Positions 34,727 through 45,652 of a stretch of DNA of 64,000 nucleotides are shown piece after piece; position 1 is the stretch's first letter; the number at the start of each line of letters is the position of its first letter. The stretch covers positions 15,977 to 79,976 of the forward strand of contig DAHUZK010000051.1 of NCBI GenBank assembly GCA_027306605.1, in the 5' to 3' direction. The notes below the pieces were generated by a model that saw nothing but the letters and a program-made list of their open reading frames with translations, did no database searches and was not told the origin of the DNA. Source of the stretch: Acidimicrobiaceae bacterium. GTDB lineage: Bacteria > Actinomycetota > Acidimicrobiia > Acidimicrobiales > RAAP-2. The translations under genes and the position numbers were made by a program.

Positions 34727-35575
34727 TCAGCTCCGGTGGGGGAACACGTCGTCGAGGGTGCGCGGATAGAGGCTCGGGTCGCCCGGATGGATGCCGGCGG
34801 CCCGCAGCACCTCGTCGGCCGCGGCCTCGCGCTCGGGTCCGCCCAGGGCCGGATCGTTCCGGCGGCCCCGACGGCGGTTCCGTCCGCGGTCCCCGCCGCG
34901 GCTGGCGTCCCCGCCGCGGTCGTGCTCGGCGCGCCGTACCAGATCGACCAACTGCCCGACGTGGTTCGCCACGCCTTGGCCGACCTTGGTGCCGGTGGCA
35001 CCGTCGACGAGGACGAAGAAGGGGGAGCCCGGTACCTGGTACTCGAGCCAGGCCTCGGTCGACATGACCACCGGGACCTGCCCCGTGGCGCGGGCACGTA
35101 CCTCGCTCGGGACCTCGCGGTCGGGACCCTTGGTGACGATCACGGCGCGGGTGCCGGCGGGCAGGTCGAGGCGACCGGGGTGCCCGAGCGCCTCCCAGAA
35201 GCCGGCGCAGCTGGCACAGCCCGACGAGAGAAAGGCCAGCAGCGTGAGCCCGTCGCTGTTGGTGACCGAGATGGCCCGGGCGTCGCCGGCGGGTGTCCGG
35301 CCGGCGATGGTGGGGGCGGGCCCGAGGGGCGGGGCCGGCGCGGCCGTGGGCGCCAGAGTGGTGGGCGCCAGCGTGGGGGGAGCGGCCCCGGTGGCGGTGG
35401 CGGTGGCCGCGGCGGGGGCGGGGGTGGCCGCGCCGGCCTCGAGCACCGGGTCACCGACGCCGACACCGAGCTCGTGCAGCGATCGCAGGATGTCCGCATG
35501 GCTGCGCAGGAGTCCCGCCACCAGGACTCCGAGGACCAACACCGCGAACGTCGACACCACGACGAGAGCGATCAC
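34727..35575 (-). CDS. Membrane-anchored TlpA/MauD-like thioredoxin-fold protein (CxxC = CASC) with Arg/Gly/Asp-rich tail
   Basis: AGGAG-5 nt-GTG 35575. N-terminal TM helix (VIALVVVSTFAVLVLGVLVAGLL), an Ala/Pro/Thr linker and a thioredoxin fold LLAFLSSGCASCAGFW...GSPFFVLVD. Only the last 282 aa of the 711-aa track ORF are used. Confidence 0.75.
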   Translation of the reverse strand: MIALVVVSTFAVLVLGVLVAGLLRSHADILRSLHELGVGVGDPVLEAGAATPAPAAATATATGAAPPTLAPTTLAPTAAPAPPLGPAPTIAGRTPAGDARAISVTNSDGLTLLAFLSSGCASCAGFWEALGHPGRLDLPAGTRAVIVTKGPDREVPSEVRARATGQVPVVMSTEAWLEYQVPGSPFFVLVDGATGTKVGQGVANHVGQLVDLVRRAEHDRGGDASRGGDRGRNRRRGRRNDPALGGPEREAAADEVLRAAGIHPGDPSLYPRTLDDVFPHRS

Positions 35576-35692
35576 GCCGGCTCCTTTCCCCGTCCGCCCA
35601 TACCGTCTTCCCAGTATCCACCCGATGCCGCAGCCGGGCGCGGCATCCCGGGGCGGACGCATCGGGGCGCGCTCCTCGGGCATACTCCGGAC

Positions 35693-36877
35693 GTGCAGGC
35701 TGACGACCTCCTCCTTCCCGACCCCGAGCCCCGGGAGGTGCGCTGCACCGTGATCTCGGTCGACGACCACGTCGTGGAGCCGGCCCACCTGTTCGAGGGA
35801 CGGGTGCCGGCGGCGCTGGCCGGGCGGGCGCCGAGGATCGTCGAGACCGAGCAGGGTCACCAGGTGTGGGAATTCGAAGGGGAGCGGTACACCCAGGTCG
35901 GCATGAACGCGGTGGCGGGGCGTCGCCCAGAGACCTACGGCCTCGAGCCCTTCCGCTTCGACCAGATGCGACCCGGCTGCTACGAGGTCGATGCCCGTGT
36001 CGGCGATATGGACATCAACGGGGTCTGGGCCTCGGTGAACTTCCCGTCGCAGATCACCGGCTTCTGCGGCCGCGTGTTCTTCGCCGCCGCCGACCGCGAC
36101 CTCGGACTGGCCTGCGTGCGCGCCTGGAACGACTGGCTCTTCGAGGAGTGGTACACGCCGCACCCCGATCGGATCGTCCCCCTCGGCATCACCTATCTGG
36201 CCGACCCCGCGTTGGCCGTGGCCGAGATCGAGCGCAACGCGGCGCGCGGCTTCACCTCGGTCACCTTCCCGGAGCGCCCGCACGCCATCGGCCTGCCCTC
36301 GCTGTGGGACCGGGCGCACTGGGACCCCATCATGGAAGCGGTGGTCGCGACCGACACCGTCGTCTCGCTCCACGTGGGCAGCTCGGGGCTCGAGATCGGC
36401 CCACCCGGCGGCGCGCCGCTGCAGATCGGTGCCACGCTCTTCGGCCAGCTCTCGCTGACGGCATGCGCCGAGTGGTTGTGGTCCGCGTACCCGATCCGGC
36501 ATCCCGGACTCAAGATCGCCATGAGCGAGGGCGGCATCGGCTGGGTGGCCATGCTGCTGGACCGCCTGGAGAACATGGTCGACCGTTCGGGCTACGGCAA
36601 GGGTTGGGACATGCGCCCGGCGGACGTGGTGCGGCGCAACTTCTGGTTCTGCACCCTCGACGACCCCTCGACCATCGACACGCGCCACGCCATCGGGGTC
36701 GAGAACATCATGGTCGAGGTCGACTACCCCCACGGTGACGGCACATGGCCCGATACGCAGCAGGTGATCGCCGAATGCTGGGGTCACATCCCGGCCGGCG
36801 AGCTCCGCGCCATGTGCTGCGAGAACGCCGCGGCCCTCTACCGCCACCCGCTGCCCGAGCACGTCCTTCCGGAGTGA
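35693..36877 (+). CDS. Amidohydrolase-2 (ACMSD-like metal-dependent hydrolase/decarboxylase) family protein
   Basis: ISVDDHVVEP, SVNFPS, VSLHVGSS and VEVDYPHGDGTWP motifs. The start is tentatively GTG 35693. Confidence 0.75.
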   Translation: MQADDLLLPDPEPREVRCTVISVDDHVVEPAHLFEGRVPAALAGRAPRIVETEQGHQVWEFEGERYTQVGMNAVAGRRPETYGLEPFRFDQMRPGCYEVDARVGDMDINGVWASVNFPSQITGFCGRVFFAAADRDLGLACVRAWNDWLFEEWYTPHPDRIVPLGITYLADPALAVAEIERNAARGFTSVTFPERPHAIGLPSLWDRAHWDPIMEAVVATDTVVSLHVGSSGLEIGPPGGAPLQIGATLFGQLSLTACAEWLWSAYPIRHPGLKIAMSEGGIGWVAMLLDRLENMVDRSGYGKGWDMRPADVVRRNFWFCTLDDPSTIDTRHAIGVENIMVEVDYPHGDGTWPDTQQVIAECWGHIPAGELRAMCCENAAALYRHPLPEHVLPE

Positions 36878-36915
36878 GGCCGGCGACCGTGTTCACGCCG
36901 ACGGCCGACAAGCTG

Positions 36916-37620
36916 ATGCCCGATCTCACGCCCCGCGAGGAGTTGGTCGTGCTGGCCCGCGCCCTCTGGCGAGAGGGCTACAACGACCATCTCGCCGGGC
37001 ACATCACGGTCAACCTGGGCGACGGGACGCTGCTGTGCAACCCGTGGCTCCTCACCTGGGCGGAGCTCAGGCCCTCCCAGGTGCTGCGCATCGACCTGGA
37101 GGGCCGGGTGGTCGAGGGCGACTGGCCCGTCCCCCTCGGCATCCCGCTCCATCTCGAGCTGCACAAGGCGCGAGACGACGTCGGCTGGGCGGTGCACAAC
37201 CATCCGCTGTTCGGCACCGTCTGGGCAGACCTGGGCCAGGTGCCCCCCGTCCTCGACCAGAGCTCGGCGCTGGGCGGAGGAACCCTGAGGCTGGTCGACG
37301 AGTACGAGGGCCCGGTCAACGATCCCCTGAGCGCGCGGCGGGCGGTGGCTCAGATGGGCGATGCCGCCATGGCGCTGCTCGCCGGCCACGGCGTCCTCGT
37401 CCTGGGAGGCTCGGCGCGGGCGGTGCACCAGCGCGCGGTCGCGCTCGAGCAGCGCTGCCAGCACGCCTGGTACGCCCGGGCGGCCGGCGGGACGGACGCC
37501 ACGCGGGTGCCCCGGTCCTTTCTGGAGCTGGTGGCGCGGAGCGACGGCGAAGGGTTCCTCGGCTTCTGGGAGGCAGCGGTCCGGGCCGAGCTGGCGGCCG
37601 ACCCCGGCCTGCTCGACTGA
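36916..37620 (+). CDS. Class II aldolase/adducin domain protein
   Basis: MPDLTPREELVVLARALWREGYNDHLAGHITV...HLELHKAR..AVHNHP..LLAGHGVLVLG. Confidence 0.8.
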   Translation: MPDLTPREELVVLARALWREGYNDHLAGHITVNLGDGTLLCNPWLLTWAELRPSQVLRIDLEGRVVEGDWPVPLGIPLHLELHKARDDVGWAVHNHPLFGTVWADLGQVPPVLDQSSALGGGTLRLVDEYEGPVNDPLSARRAVAQMGDAAMALLAGHGVLVLGGSARAVHQRAVALEQRCQHAWYARAAGGTDATRVPRSFLELVARSDGEGFLGFWEAAVRAELAADPGLLD

Positions 37621-39145
37621 GATCGAGCGCCGGCGAGCGAGCAGCACGAGCCCGGCCGACAAGCAAAGGACGTTCGTCCCTGGACACCACGGCGCGGCGG
37701 CGCGTGACTGGACCCATGAGCCCGCCGCCCTTCATGCGCCCGAGCGACGCCTTTGCGTGGTACATGGAGCGCGATCCCGACCTGCGTTCGACCGTCGTGG
37801 CGATCGCCTGGCTCGAGGTCCCGCCCGACTGGGACGACCTCACGGCGCGTCTCGAGCGGGCGACCCGCCGGATCCCGTCGTTCCGCCAGCGCCCGGTGGA
37901 GGTTCCCGGGAGGCTGGCCACGCCGCGGTGGAGCACCGTTCCGCACTTCGACGTGACCTGGCACCTGCGCCGGGTGGAGACCCCGGCGCCGCACGGGCGC
38001 GACGAGGTCCTCCGGCTGGCGGCACTGGCCGCCATGACCGCCTTCGACCCGGCGCGGCCGCTGTGGGAGTTCACCCTGGTCGAGGGGCTGACGGGTGATG
38101 CGGCCACCGCGGCGCTGATCATGAAGATGCACCATTCACTGGCCGACGGCATCGGGGGTGTGCAGCTGGCGGTCGAGCTCTTCGACACGGAGGCAGATCC
38201 GGATCCCCGCGCCGCCGGCCCGCTGCCCCCGGCACCGCGCGGCGAGCAGGTCGGTGCTCGCCGGCTGCTCCTCCAGGCCATGGTGGACCGGACCACCCGG
38301 CTCTGCGGCCGGACGGGTCGGGCAGTCCGGAGCGCGCCGGGAGCGGCCGCCCGCCTGGCGTGCCATCCGCTCGGCACGGGCACCGACCTCCTCGACACGG
38401 CACGCTCCATCGGCCGCATCGTGCGTCCGCTGCCCGCCGCACTCTCGCCCGTCATGACCCGGCGCGGGCCGGGACGCGCCTTTCACAGCATCACGGTCGG
38501 GCTGGACGAACTGAAGCAGGCGGGCGCCCTCGCCGGCGGGACGCTCAACGACAGCTTCCTGGCCGCGGTCACCGGGGGCCTGCGCCGCTACCACCAGGAG
38601 CACGGGGTGACGGTCGAGGCGCTGATCGTCACCATCCCCATCAGCGTGCGCCGGCCCGGAGACCCGCCCGGCGGGAACCGGGTCACGCTGCAGCGGTTGC
38701 GCCTGCCGCTGAGCCCGGCGGATCCGGTCCAGCGCATGCGCGCCATCGGGGCCAGCCTCCGGGCGGCCCGGGCCGAGCGCTCACTGGCGTTCACCGACGC
38801 CATCGCCGGCGCCATGAACCTGGTCCCGACCGGGTACGTGGCGTCCGTGCTCAAGCACGTGGACTTCGTGGCCAGTGACGTGACGGGGTTCCCGGACCAG
38901 ATGTTCCTCTGCGGGGTGGGGGTGACGGGCTACTCGGCCTTCGCGCCCACCATCGGCGCCGCCGTGAACGCCGCCCTCTTCTCCTACAAGGGATCCTGCA
39001 GCATCGGCGTCAACGTGGACACGACGGCCGTGCCGGACCACGAGCTGCTCGCCGAGTGCCTGAAGGAGGGCTTCGCCGACGTCGTGGCGGCGACCGGCCC
39101 CCGGCGTGGCGGCCGCACCGCTCGGCACGGCGCGTCCGGCGCTGC

Positions 39146-40210
<1,065 letters not shown>

Positions 40211-40238
40211 GTGGGTCTCGTCATGCGCTCTCTACCGC

Positions 40239-41264
40239 TCATGCGGCCTTTCCATGCGAGGCGGCCCAGGCCACCAGTTCGTCCGCCGTCATGCGGTTGA
40301 CGACGCGCTCGGCCGGGACCCCGGCCGCCGCCGCGTTGCGGCACCCGCGTGCGAGCCAACCGAGCTGGCCCGGCGCATGGGCGTCGGTGTCGATGGCGAA
40401 GCAACACCCGTGGCCGACGGCCAGTCGCAACAGCTCCTCCGGCGGGTCCTGGCGCTCGGGCCGTGCGTTGATCTCCACCGCGGTCCCGGTCCGGGCGCAC
40501 GCCGCGAACACCGCGTCGGCGTCGAAGGAGGACTGGGGTCGGCCGCGGCCGGTGATCAGCCGGCCCGTGCAGTGCCCGAGGATGTCGGTGTGCGGGCTCT
40601 CGACGGCGGCCAGCATGCGTTCGGTCATCGGGGCCGCGTCCATGCGGAGCTTGGTGTGGACGCTGGCGACCACGACGTCGAGCTCGCCCAGCAGGTCGAG
40701 CTCGAGATCGAGGGCGCCGTCCTCGAGGATGTCGACCTCCATGCCGGTCAGGATGCGGAACGGCGCCAACTGCTCGTTGAGGCCGGCCACCAGCTCGAGC
40801 TGGCGGCCGAGCCGCTCCCCGTCGAGCCCGTGGGCCACCGTCAGGCGAGCGCTGTGGTCGGTGAGGACGAGGTACTCGCGCCCCAGGTCGCGGGCGGCCT
40901 CGGCCATCTCGATCACCGGGCTCCCACCGTCGGACCAGTCCGAGTGGGAGTGGCAGTCGCCGCGCAACGACTCGAGCAGGGCGGCAGCCGGACCGTCGAC
41001 CACGAGCTCGTCGGGGACGTCCTCGAGACGGGCCAGGTAGGACGGCACCCCGCCGCGGAGCGCCTCGGTGATGACGGCCGCCGTCGACTTGCCCACGCCC
41101 TCGAGGCGCTGGAGCCGACCGGCCGCGGCCAGAGAGGCCAGCTCGTCGGGCGGCACACCGGCGATGGCGCGGGCGGCGTGGCGGAAGGCGCGCACCTTGT
41201 AGGTGTCGGCGCCGCTCCGTTCCAGACGGAAGGCGATCGAGGTGAGCGCGTCGAGCGGGTCCAC
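40239..41264 (-). CDS. PolX-like helix-hairpin-helix (8-kDa-type) domain + PHP phosphoesterase domain protein, no polymerase palm
   Basis: N-terminus IAFRLERSGADTYKVRAFRHAARAI...LEGVGKSTA. PHP motifs GDCHSHSDWSDG, LTDHS and AIDTDAH. 341 aa. Confidence 0.8.
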   Translation of the reverse strand: MDPLDALTSIAFRLERSGADTYKVRAFRHAARAIAGVPPDELASLAAAGRLQRLEGVGKSTAAVITEALRGGVPSYLARLEDVPDELVVDGPAAALLESLRGDCHSHSDWSDGGSPVIEMAEAARDLGREYLVLTDHSARLTVAHGLDGERLGRQLELVAGLNEQLAPFRILTGMEVDILEDGALDLELDLLGELDVVVASVHTKLRMDAAPMTERMLAAVESPHTDILGHCTGRLITGRGRPQSSFDADAVFAACARTGTAVEINARPERQDPPEELLRLAVGHGCCFAIDTDAHAPGQLGWLARGCRNAAAAGVPAERVVNRMTADELVAWAASHGKAA

Positions 41265-41268
41265 CCGG

Positions 41269-42279
41269 CTAGCCCTTCTTGGCCCGGCTCGGTGCGACCC
41301 GCGGCGGCTCGTCGGGCATCTTGGGGTACTGGGGCGGCCACGGCGCGTCGCGCAGACCGTTCTCGCGGTCGCGCTCGGCCAACGCGAGGAGCGGCTCGAG
41401 CGACTGGGGCTCCGCCGCGTAGCCGGCCCAGGGGTCGCCCCGCTCGGCCACGAGGGCGGGCACGGTCCCGATGGTGAGCTCGTGGGGCACCACGGTCTCG
41501 ACCTCCTCCCACGTCAGCGGTGTCGAGACCTGGCCGCCGGTGCGGGACCGGGCGAACCAGGCGCCGAAGACCGTCTTGTGCGGCGCGTTCTGGTTGAAGT
41601 CGACGAACACGCGGCTGCCGCGCTCCTCCTTCCACCAGTTGGCCGTGATCTCCTGTGGGAAGCGCCGTTCGAGCTCGCGGGCGAGCGCCAGCGCGGCGGC
41701 GCGCACGGCGAAGGAATCCCAGCGCGCTTCGAGAGGCACGTAGACGTGCAGACCGTTGTTCCCCGTCGTCTTGGGATAGCTCCGCAGCCCGAGCGCGTCG
41801 AGGAGGCCACGGCACCTGAGCGCCGTGGCGCGCACCTCCTCGAAGCCGATCCCGGCGGTGGGGTCGAGGTCGATGCGCAGCTCGTCGGCATGTGCAGGGT
41901 CGTCGGCGTGGTACGGCCAGAGGTGCAGACCGAGGCAGCCGATGTTCACCGCCCAGACCACGTGGGCGACGTCCGCCACCACGAGGGCGTTGGAGGTCGT
42001 CCCGTTGGGCGTGGACACGATGGTCGACTGGATCCAGTCGGGGGCGCCGTTGGGAAGGCGCTTCTGGTAGAAGGACTTGCCCGTCGCCCCGTCGGGGAAG
42101 CGCTGGAGCAAGGCGGGCCGCCCGCCCGCCGTGACCATGAGGTGGGGGCCGATCTCGAGGTAGTAGGTCACGAGATCGAACTTCGTGGCGCCCAGACCCG
42201 GGAAGTAGACCTTGTCGGGGCGGGTGATGTGCACCTGGTGGCCGTCGACCTCCACCGTGCGTCCTTCGTCCGCTGGCAC
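41269..42279 (-). CDS. LigD polymerase/primase (PrimPol, AEP) domain protein
   Basis: 336 aa: ITRPDKVYFP, RFPDGATGKSFYQKR and TTGNNGLHVYVPL are typical of the non-homologous end-joining polymerase domain. Confidence 0.88.
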   Translation of the reverse strand: MPADEGRTVEVDGHQVHITRPDKVYFPGLGATKFDLVTYYLEIGPHLMVTAGGRPALLQRFPDGATGKSFYQKRLPNGAPDWIQSTIVSTPNGTTSNALVVADVAHVVWAVNIGCLGLHLWPYHADDPAHADELRIDLDPTAGIGFEEVRATALRCRGLLDALGLRSYPKTTGNNGLHVYVPLEARWDSFAVRAAALALARELERRFPQEITANWWKEERGSRVFVDFNQNAPHKTVFGAWFARSRTGGQVSTPLTWEEVETVVPHELTIGTVPALVAERGDPWAGYAAEPQSLEPLLALAERDRENGLRDAPWPPQYPKMPDEPPRVAPSRAKKG

Positions 42280-42333
42280 CGTCGTGGACTCTACCGACGG
42301 CCCCTCCCTCCCGGCACCGGTGCGCCGGCCGGA

Positions 42334-42684
42334 TCAGGGGTAGGACGGCTGGGCCCGCAGGGCGGGGCTGCTGTCGAGCGGGACGCCGCGGGCGTGCAGC
42401 GCCCGTTCGAGGCGGGCCCGCTCGCGCTCGGGGCTGGCGAAGCCCGCGGGAGTGGCCGGGACCTGGAGCGACTCGCAGAGCCTGATGAGGGCGCCGTCAT
42501 AGGACAGTTCCCGGGCCAGGGCCTCTGCAACCGGGGTCGCTTCCTCGGTCGCCCGAAGCCTGGCCCGGGAGTGCGTGAGGTCGGCCAGGAGCAGGTCCGG
42601 GGGCCTGCGACCTCCCTCTCCTTTGCCAAGGGCCTGTGTCAGGAGGTCCACGTACATGACCACCCGACGATGGTGCACCACCAC
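42334..42684 (-). CDS. Hypothetical protein
   Basis: 116-aa ORF (alternative start M10 at 42657). No recognisable motif. Confidence 0.35.
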   Translation of the reverse strand: MVVHHRRVVMYVDLLTQALGKGEGGRRPPDLLLADLTHSRARLRATEEATPVAEALARELSYDGALIRLCESLQVPATPAGFASPERERARLERALHARGVPLDSSPALRAQPSYP

Positions 42685-42730
42685 CGGCAGGGGTCACTAG
42701 AGCTGAACGACCCCTCTTCGGAGCCGGCGC

Positions 42731-43534
42731 TCAGACGAGCTCGGCCAGCCCTTCCCACCCCCGAGGCGGCGGGGCGAGGCGCCAGAACTGCTCGGGGACC
42801 CGTCCCTCCATGCGGGCCGTCAGGGCGTGGTCGCGCTCGAGGGGCGCGATCTGCGACGTGTAGCACCAGATGGCCTTGCGCTTGCGCTCCTCGTCGGCGA
42901 CGTGGGGGACGATGGCCGGGGTCGGCCACGGCCGGGAGCGCAACAGCTTCGCCACGCGCCAGGCCAACAGGCCCGGCAGGTGCTTGTAGCCGTGGTCCTC
43001 GTAGCAGAACCAGGTCCGCTCCGGTTGCGCCGCCACGACCTCGAGGCACGCCTCGTGGACCATGACGTGGTCCGGGTTGGCCAGCCCCATCGGGAAGAAG
43101 ACGGCGGTCGGGTCCAGGCTCGAGATGGTCTCGCCGAGCACGGGCGCGACGTCGGCCGGCGTCGGACGGTCGGCCGGCTCGAGGTACTGGTGGTCGGAGA
43201 AGTCCAGCCACCGGTAGCCGGATTCGAGGACGGCCATGGCCGCCACGTCCTCCTGGCGGCGCAGCGCCACGATGTCGTCGCCCGCCACGAAGCCGCCCAA
43301 CGCGTCCCACTCGCTGGGCTCGGCCGGGTAGGCGGGCGGCCTCCCTCCGAGGACGGTGACCACGGTGGTGTCCTGGTAGCTGGCGAGGAGGTGCCCCGCG
43401 CCCATGGCGGCGTCGTCGAAGTGCGGCGAGACGACCACGATGCGCCGGAAGGCCTCGGGAGCGACCTCGCCCCAGCTCGGCTCGGCGAATGCTTGGCTCA
43501 CGGACGGATCATACGGGGACGTCGTCGGGCTCAC
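42731..43534 (-). CDS. PIG-L/LmbE family N-acetylglucosaminyl deacetylase
   Basis: VVVSPHFDDAAMGAGH motif and HxDH-type region (NPDHVMVHEA). Confidence 0.82.
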   Translation of the reverse strand: MSPTTSPYDPSVSQAFAEPSWGEVAPEAFRRIVVVSPHFDDAAMGAGHLLASYQDTTVVTVLGGRPPAYPAEPSEWDALGGFVAGDDIVALRRQEDVAAMAVLESGYRWLDFSDHQYLEPADRPTPADVAPVLGETISSLDPTAVFFPMGLANPDHVMVHEACLEVVAAQPERTWFCYEDHGYKHLPGLLAWRVAKLLRSRPWPTPAIVPHVADEERKRKAIWCYTSQIAPLERDHALTARMEGRVPEQFWRLAPPPRGWEGLAELV

Positions 43535-44753
43535 CGGCCACGTGGTGACGGAAGGCGGGCAGGAGCGAGCCGATCACCACCGCGCCCACGATGCAGGCGA
43601 GCCCGCCGGAGACGACGGAGAACTCGACGCTGGTGAGCGCGGCCACGGTGCCCGACTCCATGTCGCCCAGGCGCGGTCCGCCCTGCACCACCGCCATCTG
43701 GATGGAGGACAGACGGCTGCGGAAGCGCTCGGGGATCGAGGTCTGGAGCATGGTGTTGCGCAGCACGGCGGAGATCACGTCGGCCCAGCCGGCCACGGCC
43801 AGCAGGGCCAGGGCGAGCCACAGGGTACGGGTCAACCCGAAGACCGCGATGGACGCGCCCCACACCGTCACCGCCGCGATGACCGCCCAGCCCTGCCGGC
43901 GGAGGTTCGAGACCCACCCGGTGGTCACCGCACCGATCAGCGCGCCCACGCCGGGCGCGGCGTAGAGGAAGCCCAGGGTGATCGTGCCCCCGCCGAAGAC
44001 GGTGTCGGCCAGGGCGGGGAACAGGGCCCGGGGCATGCCGAAGACCATGGCGTTGACGTCGATGAGATAGACGCCCTGGAGGGCCTGGCGCGAACGCAGG
44101 TAGCGCAGTCCCTCCTTGGTGGACTCCCACGGCGACAGGCGGCCGGCGTGGTGGGAAGGGGGGATGGGCTGCAGCATGGCCGAAGTGACGCAGGCGACGA
44201 CGAAGCTGAGCGCGTCGAGTGCGTAGACGAGGGGCAGGCCGATCCCCAGCAGGACACCGGAGAGCGCGGGTCCCACGACGGTGCCGACCTGGATGATGAT
44301 CTGCATCATGGCGAAGGCCGCCGACAGCCGGCGGCGTTCGACCATCCCGGGGACCGAGGCCATGCGCGCCGTGCTCGAGAAGCCCATCAACCCGGCCGCC
44401 AGAGAGCTCACGACGTAGAGGACGGCGAGCGAGGGGTGGGCCATGGCCGCGTTGAGCGCCATGGCCCCGCTGGTGAACGTCATGGCGGCGGCCGTCCACA
44501 CCATGATCCGCCGGCGGTCCGCCGTGTCGCCGACCGGCCCGGCGGCCAGCGCGCCGACGATGAAGGGGATCAGCTGGGCCAGGCTGATGGCGCCCACCTG
44601 CAGGGACGAACGCGTCATGGAGTACACCTGGTAGGGAATGGCCACCACGGTGAGCTGCGTGCCCAACATGGAGATCAGCTGGCCGGTGAACAGCAGGCGG
44701 AAGTCCCGGCTCTCGCGCAGCGGGGTGGTGTCCACGAGGATCCGACCCGGCAT
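43509..44753 (-). CDS. MFS transporter (EntS/MFS_3-like)
   Basis: 414 aa, 12 predicted TM helices. N-terminal RDFRLLFTGQLISMLG and GDTADRRRIM motif A. Confidence 0.85.
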   Translation of the reverse strand: MPGRILVDTTPLRESRDFRLLFTGQLISMLGTQLTVVAIPYQVYSMTRSSLQVGAISLAQLIPFIVGALAAGPVGDTADRRRIMVWTAAAMTFTSGAMALNAAMAHPSLAVLYVVSSLAAGLMGFSSTARMASVPGMVERRRLSAAFAMMQIIIQVGTVVGPALSGVLLGIGLPLVYALDALSFVVACVTSAMLQPIPPSHHAGRLSPWESTKEGLRYLRSRQALQGVYLIDVNAMVFGMPRALFPALADTVFGGGTITLGFLYAAPGVGALIGAVTTGWVSNLRRQGWAVIAAVTVWGASIAVFGLTRTLWLALALLAVAGWADVISAVLRNTMLQTSIPERFRSRLSSIQMAVVQGGPRLGDMESGTVAALTSVEFSVVSGGLACIVGAVVIGSLLPAFRHHVAGEPDDVPV

Positions 44754-44830
44754 GCCCGCAGCCTACGATCGGCGTCTCGCCGGAGCGCCCCGACGGGCCG
44801 CCGGGCGCCGGAGCGCTGCGAGCGGGAACG

Positions 44831-45652
44831 CTACGAGAGGGTGCGGCCGAGGTCGCGCACCGAGATGTCCCAGGCCGAAGGCCAGTCGCGCCCCCGCAGC
44901 AACGCGTCGCTGCCACCGTCGCAGAACAGCACCGAGCCGCAGAAGAACCCGGCGTCGGGGCCGATCAGGAACTCCACCAGCGCGGCGATCTCCTCGGGCC
45001 GCCCGGGTCGTCCCAGCGGGATGGGCAACATGTCGAGCATGGGCGCCGTGTCGGGATCGGCGCGCATGGCGGCGACCATCGGCGTGTCGATCATGCCCGG
45101 GGCCACCGCATTGAGCCGCAGGCCTGCCCCGGCCCAGTCGGCACCGGTGGCGTGACCGCGCACCCAGTGGGCAAGGGCCAGCTTCGAGGCCGGATAGGCG
45201 ACCAGCGCGCCACGGCTGTCGGCGATCGCTGCGGCCCGCGGCTCGTCGTGGTCCAGGCATGCCTCCACCAGATCGGCGGGGATGCCCGGCTGGACGGTGG
45301 TCGAGTTCGAGCTGAAGGCCACCGCGGCGCCACCGGGGACGAGGACGGGCCGGAGTCCTTCGAGCAGCTCCACCGAGCCGAAGTAGTTGACGGCGGTGAG
45401 GAGCGATCCGGGGCGATTCGGCAGTGCGGCCAGTCCGGCGCAGGTCACCACTGCGTCGAGCGTCCCGCCACTGCGCTCCGTGCAGGCATCGACGGCGCGC
45501 CGCCGCCCTTCGGCGGTGGCGAGGTCGGCCACCACGTCGGACTCGTCCTTGTCCACGCCCACCACCTGCCAGCCGGCGGCCGCCAGGCGCGCCGCCGTGG
45601 CGGCGCCCATGCCCGATGCGGCACCCGTGACGACGACGGTGCGCTCAGGCAG
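44831..45652 (-). CDS. Short-chain dehydrogenase/reductase (start codon unresolved)
   Basis: Rossmann motif VVVTGAASGMGAA. No ATG, GTG or TTG lies between the bcp stop and the motif; only CTG at 45652. The upstream 82 codons of the track ORF overlap bcp out of frame. Confidence 0.7.
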   Translation of the reverse strand: MPERTVVVTGAASGMGAATAARLAAAGWQVVGVDKDESDVVADLATAEGRRRAVDACTERSGGTLDAVVTCAGLAALPNRPGSLLTAVNYFGSVELLEGLRPVLVPGGAAVAFSSNSTTVQPGIPADLVEACLDHDEPRAAAIADSRGALVAYPASKLALAHWVRGHATGADWAGAGLRLNAVAPGMIDTPMVAAMRADPDTAPMLDMLPIPLGRPGRPEEIAALVEFLIGPDAGFFCGSVLFCDGGSDALLRGRDWPSAWDISVRDLGRTLS

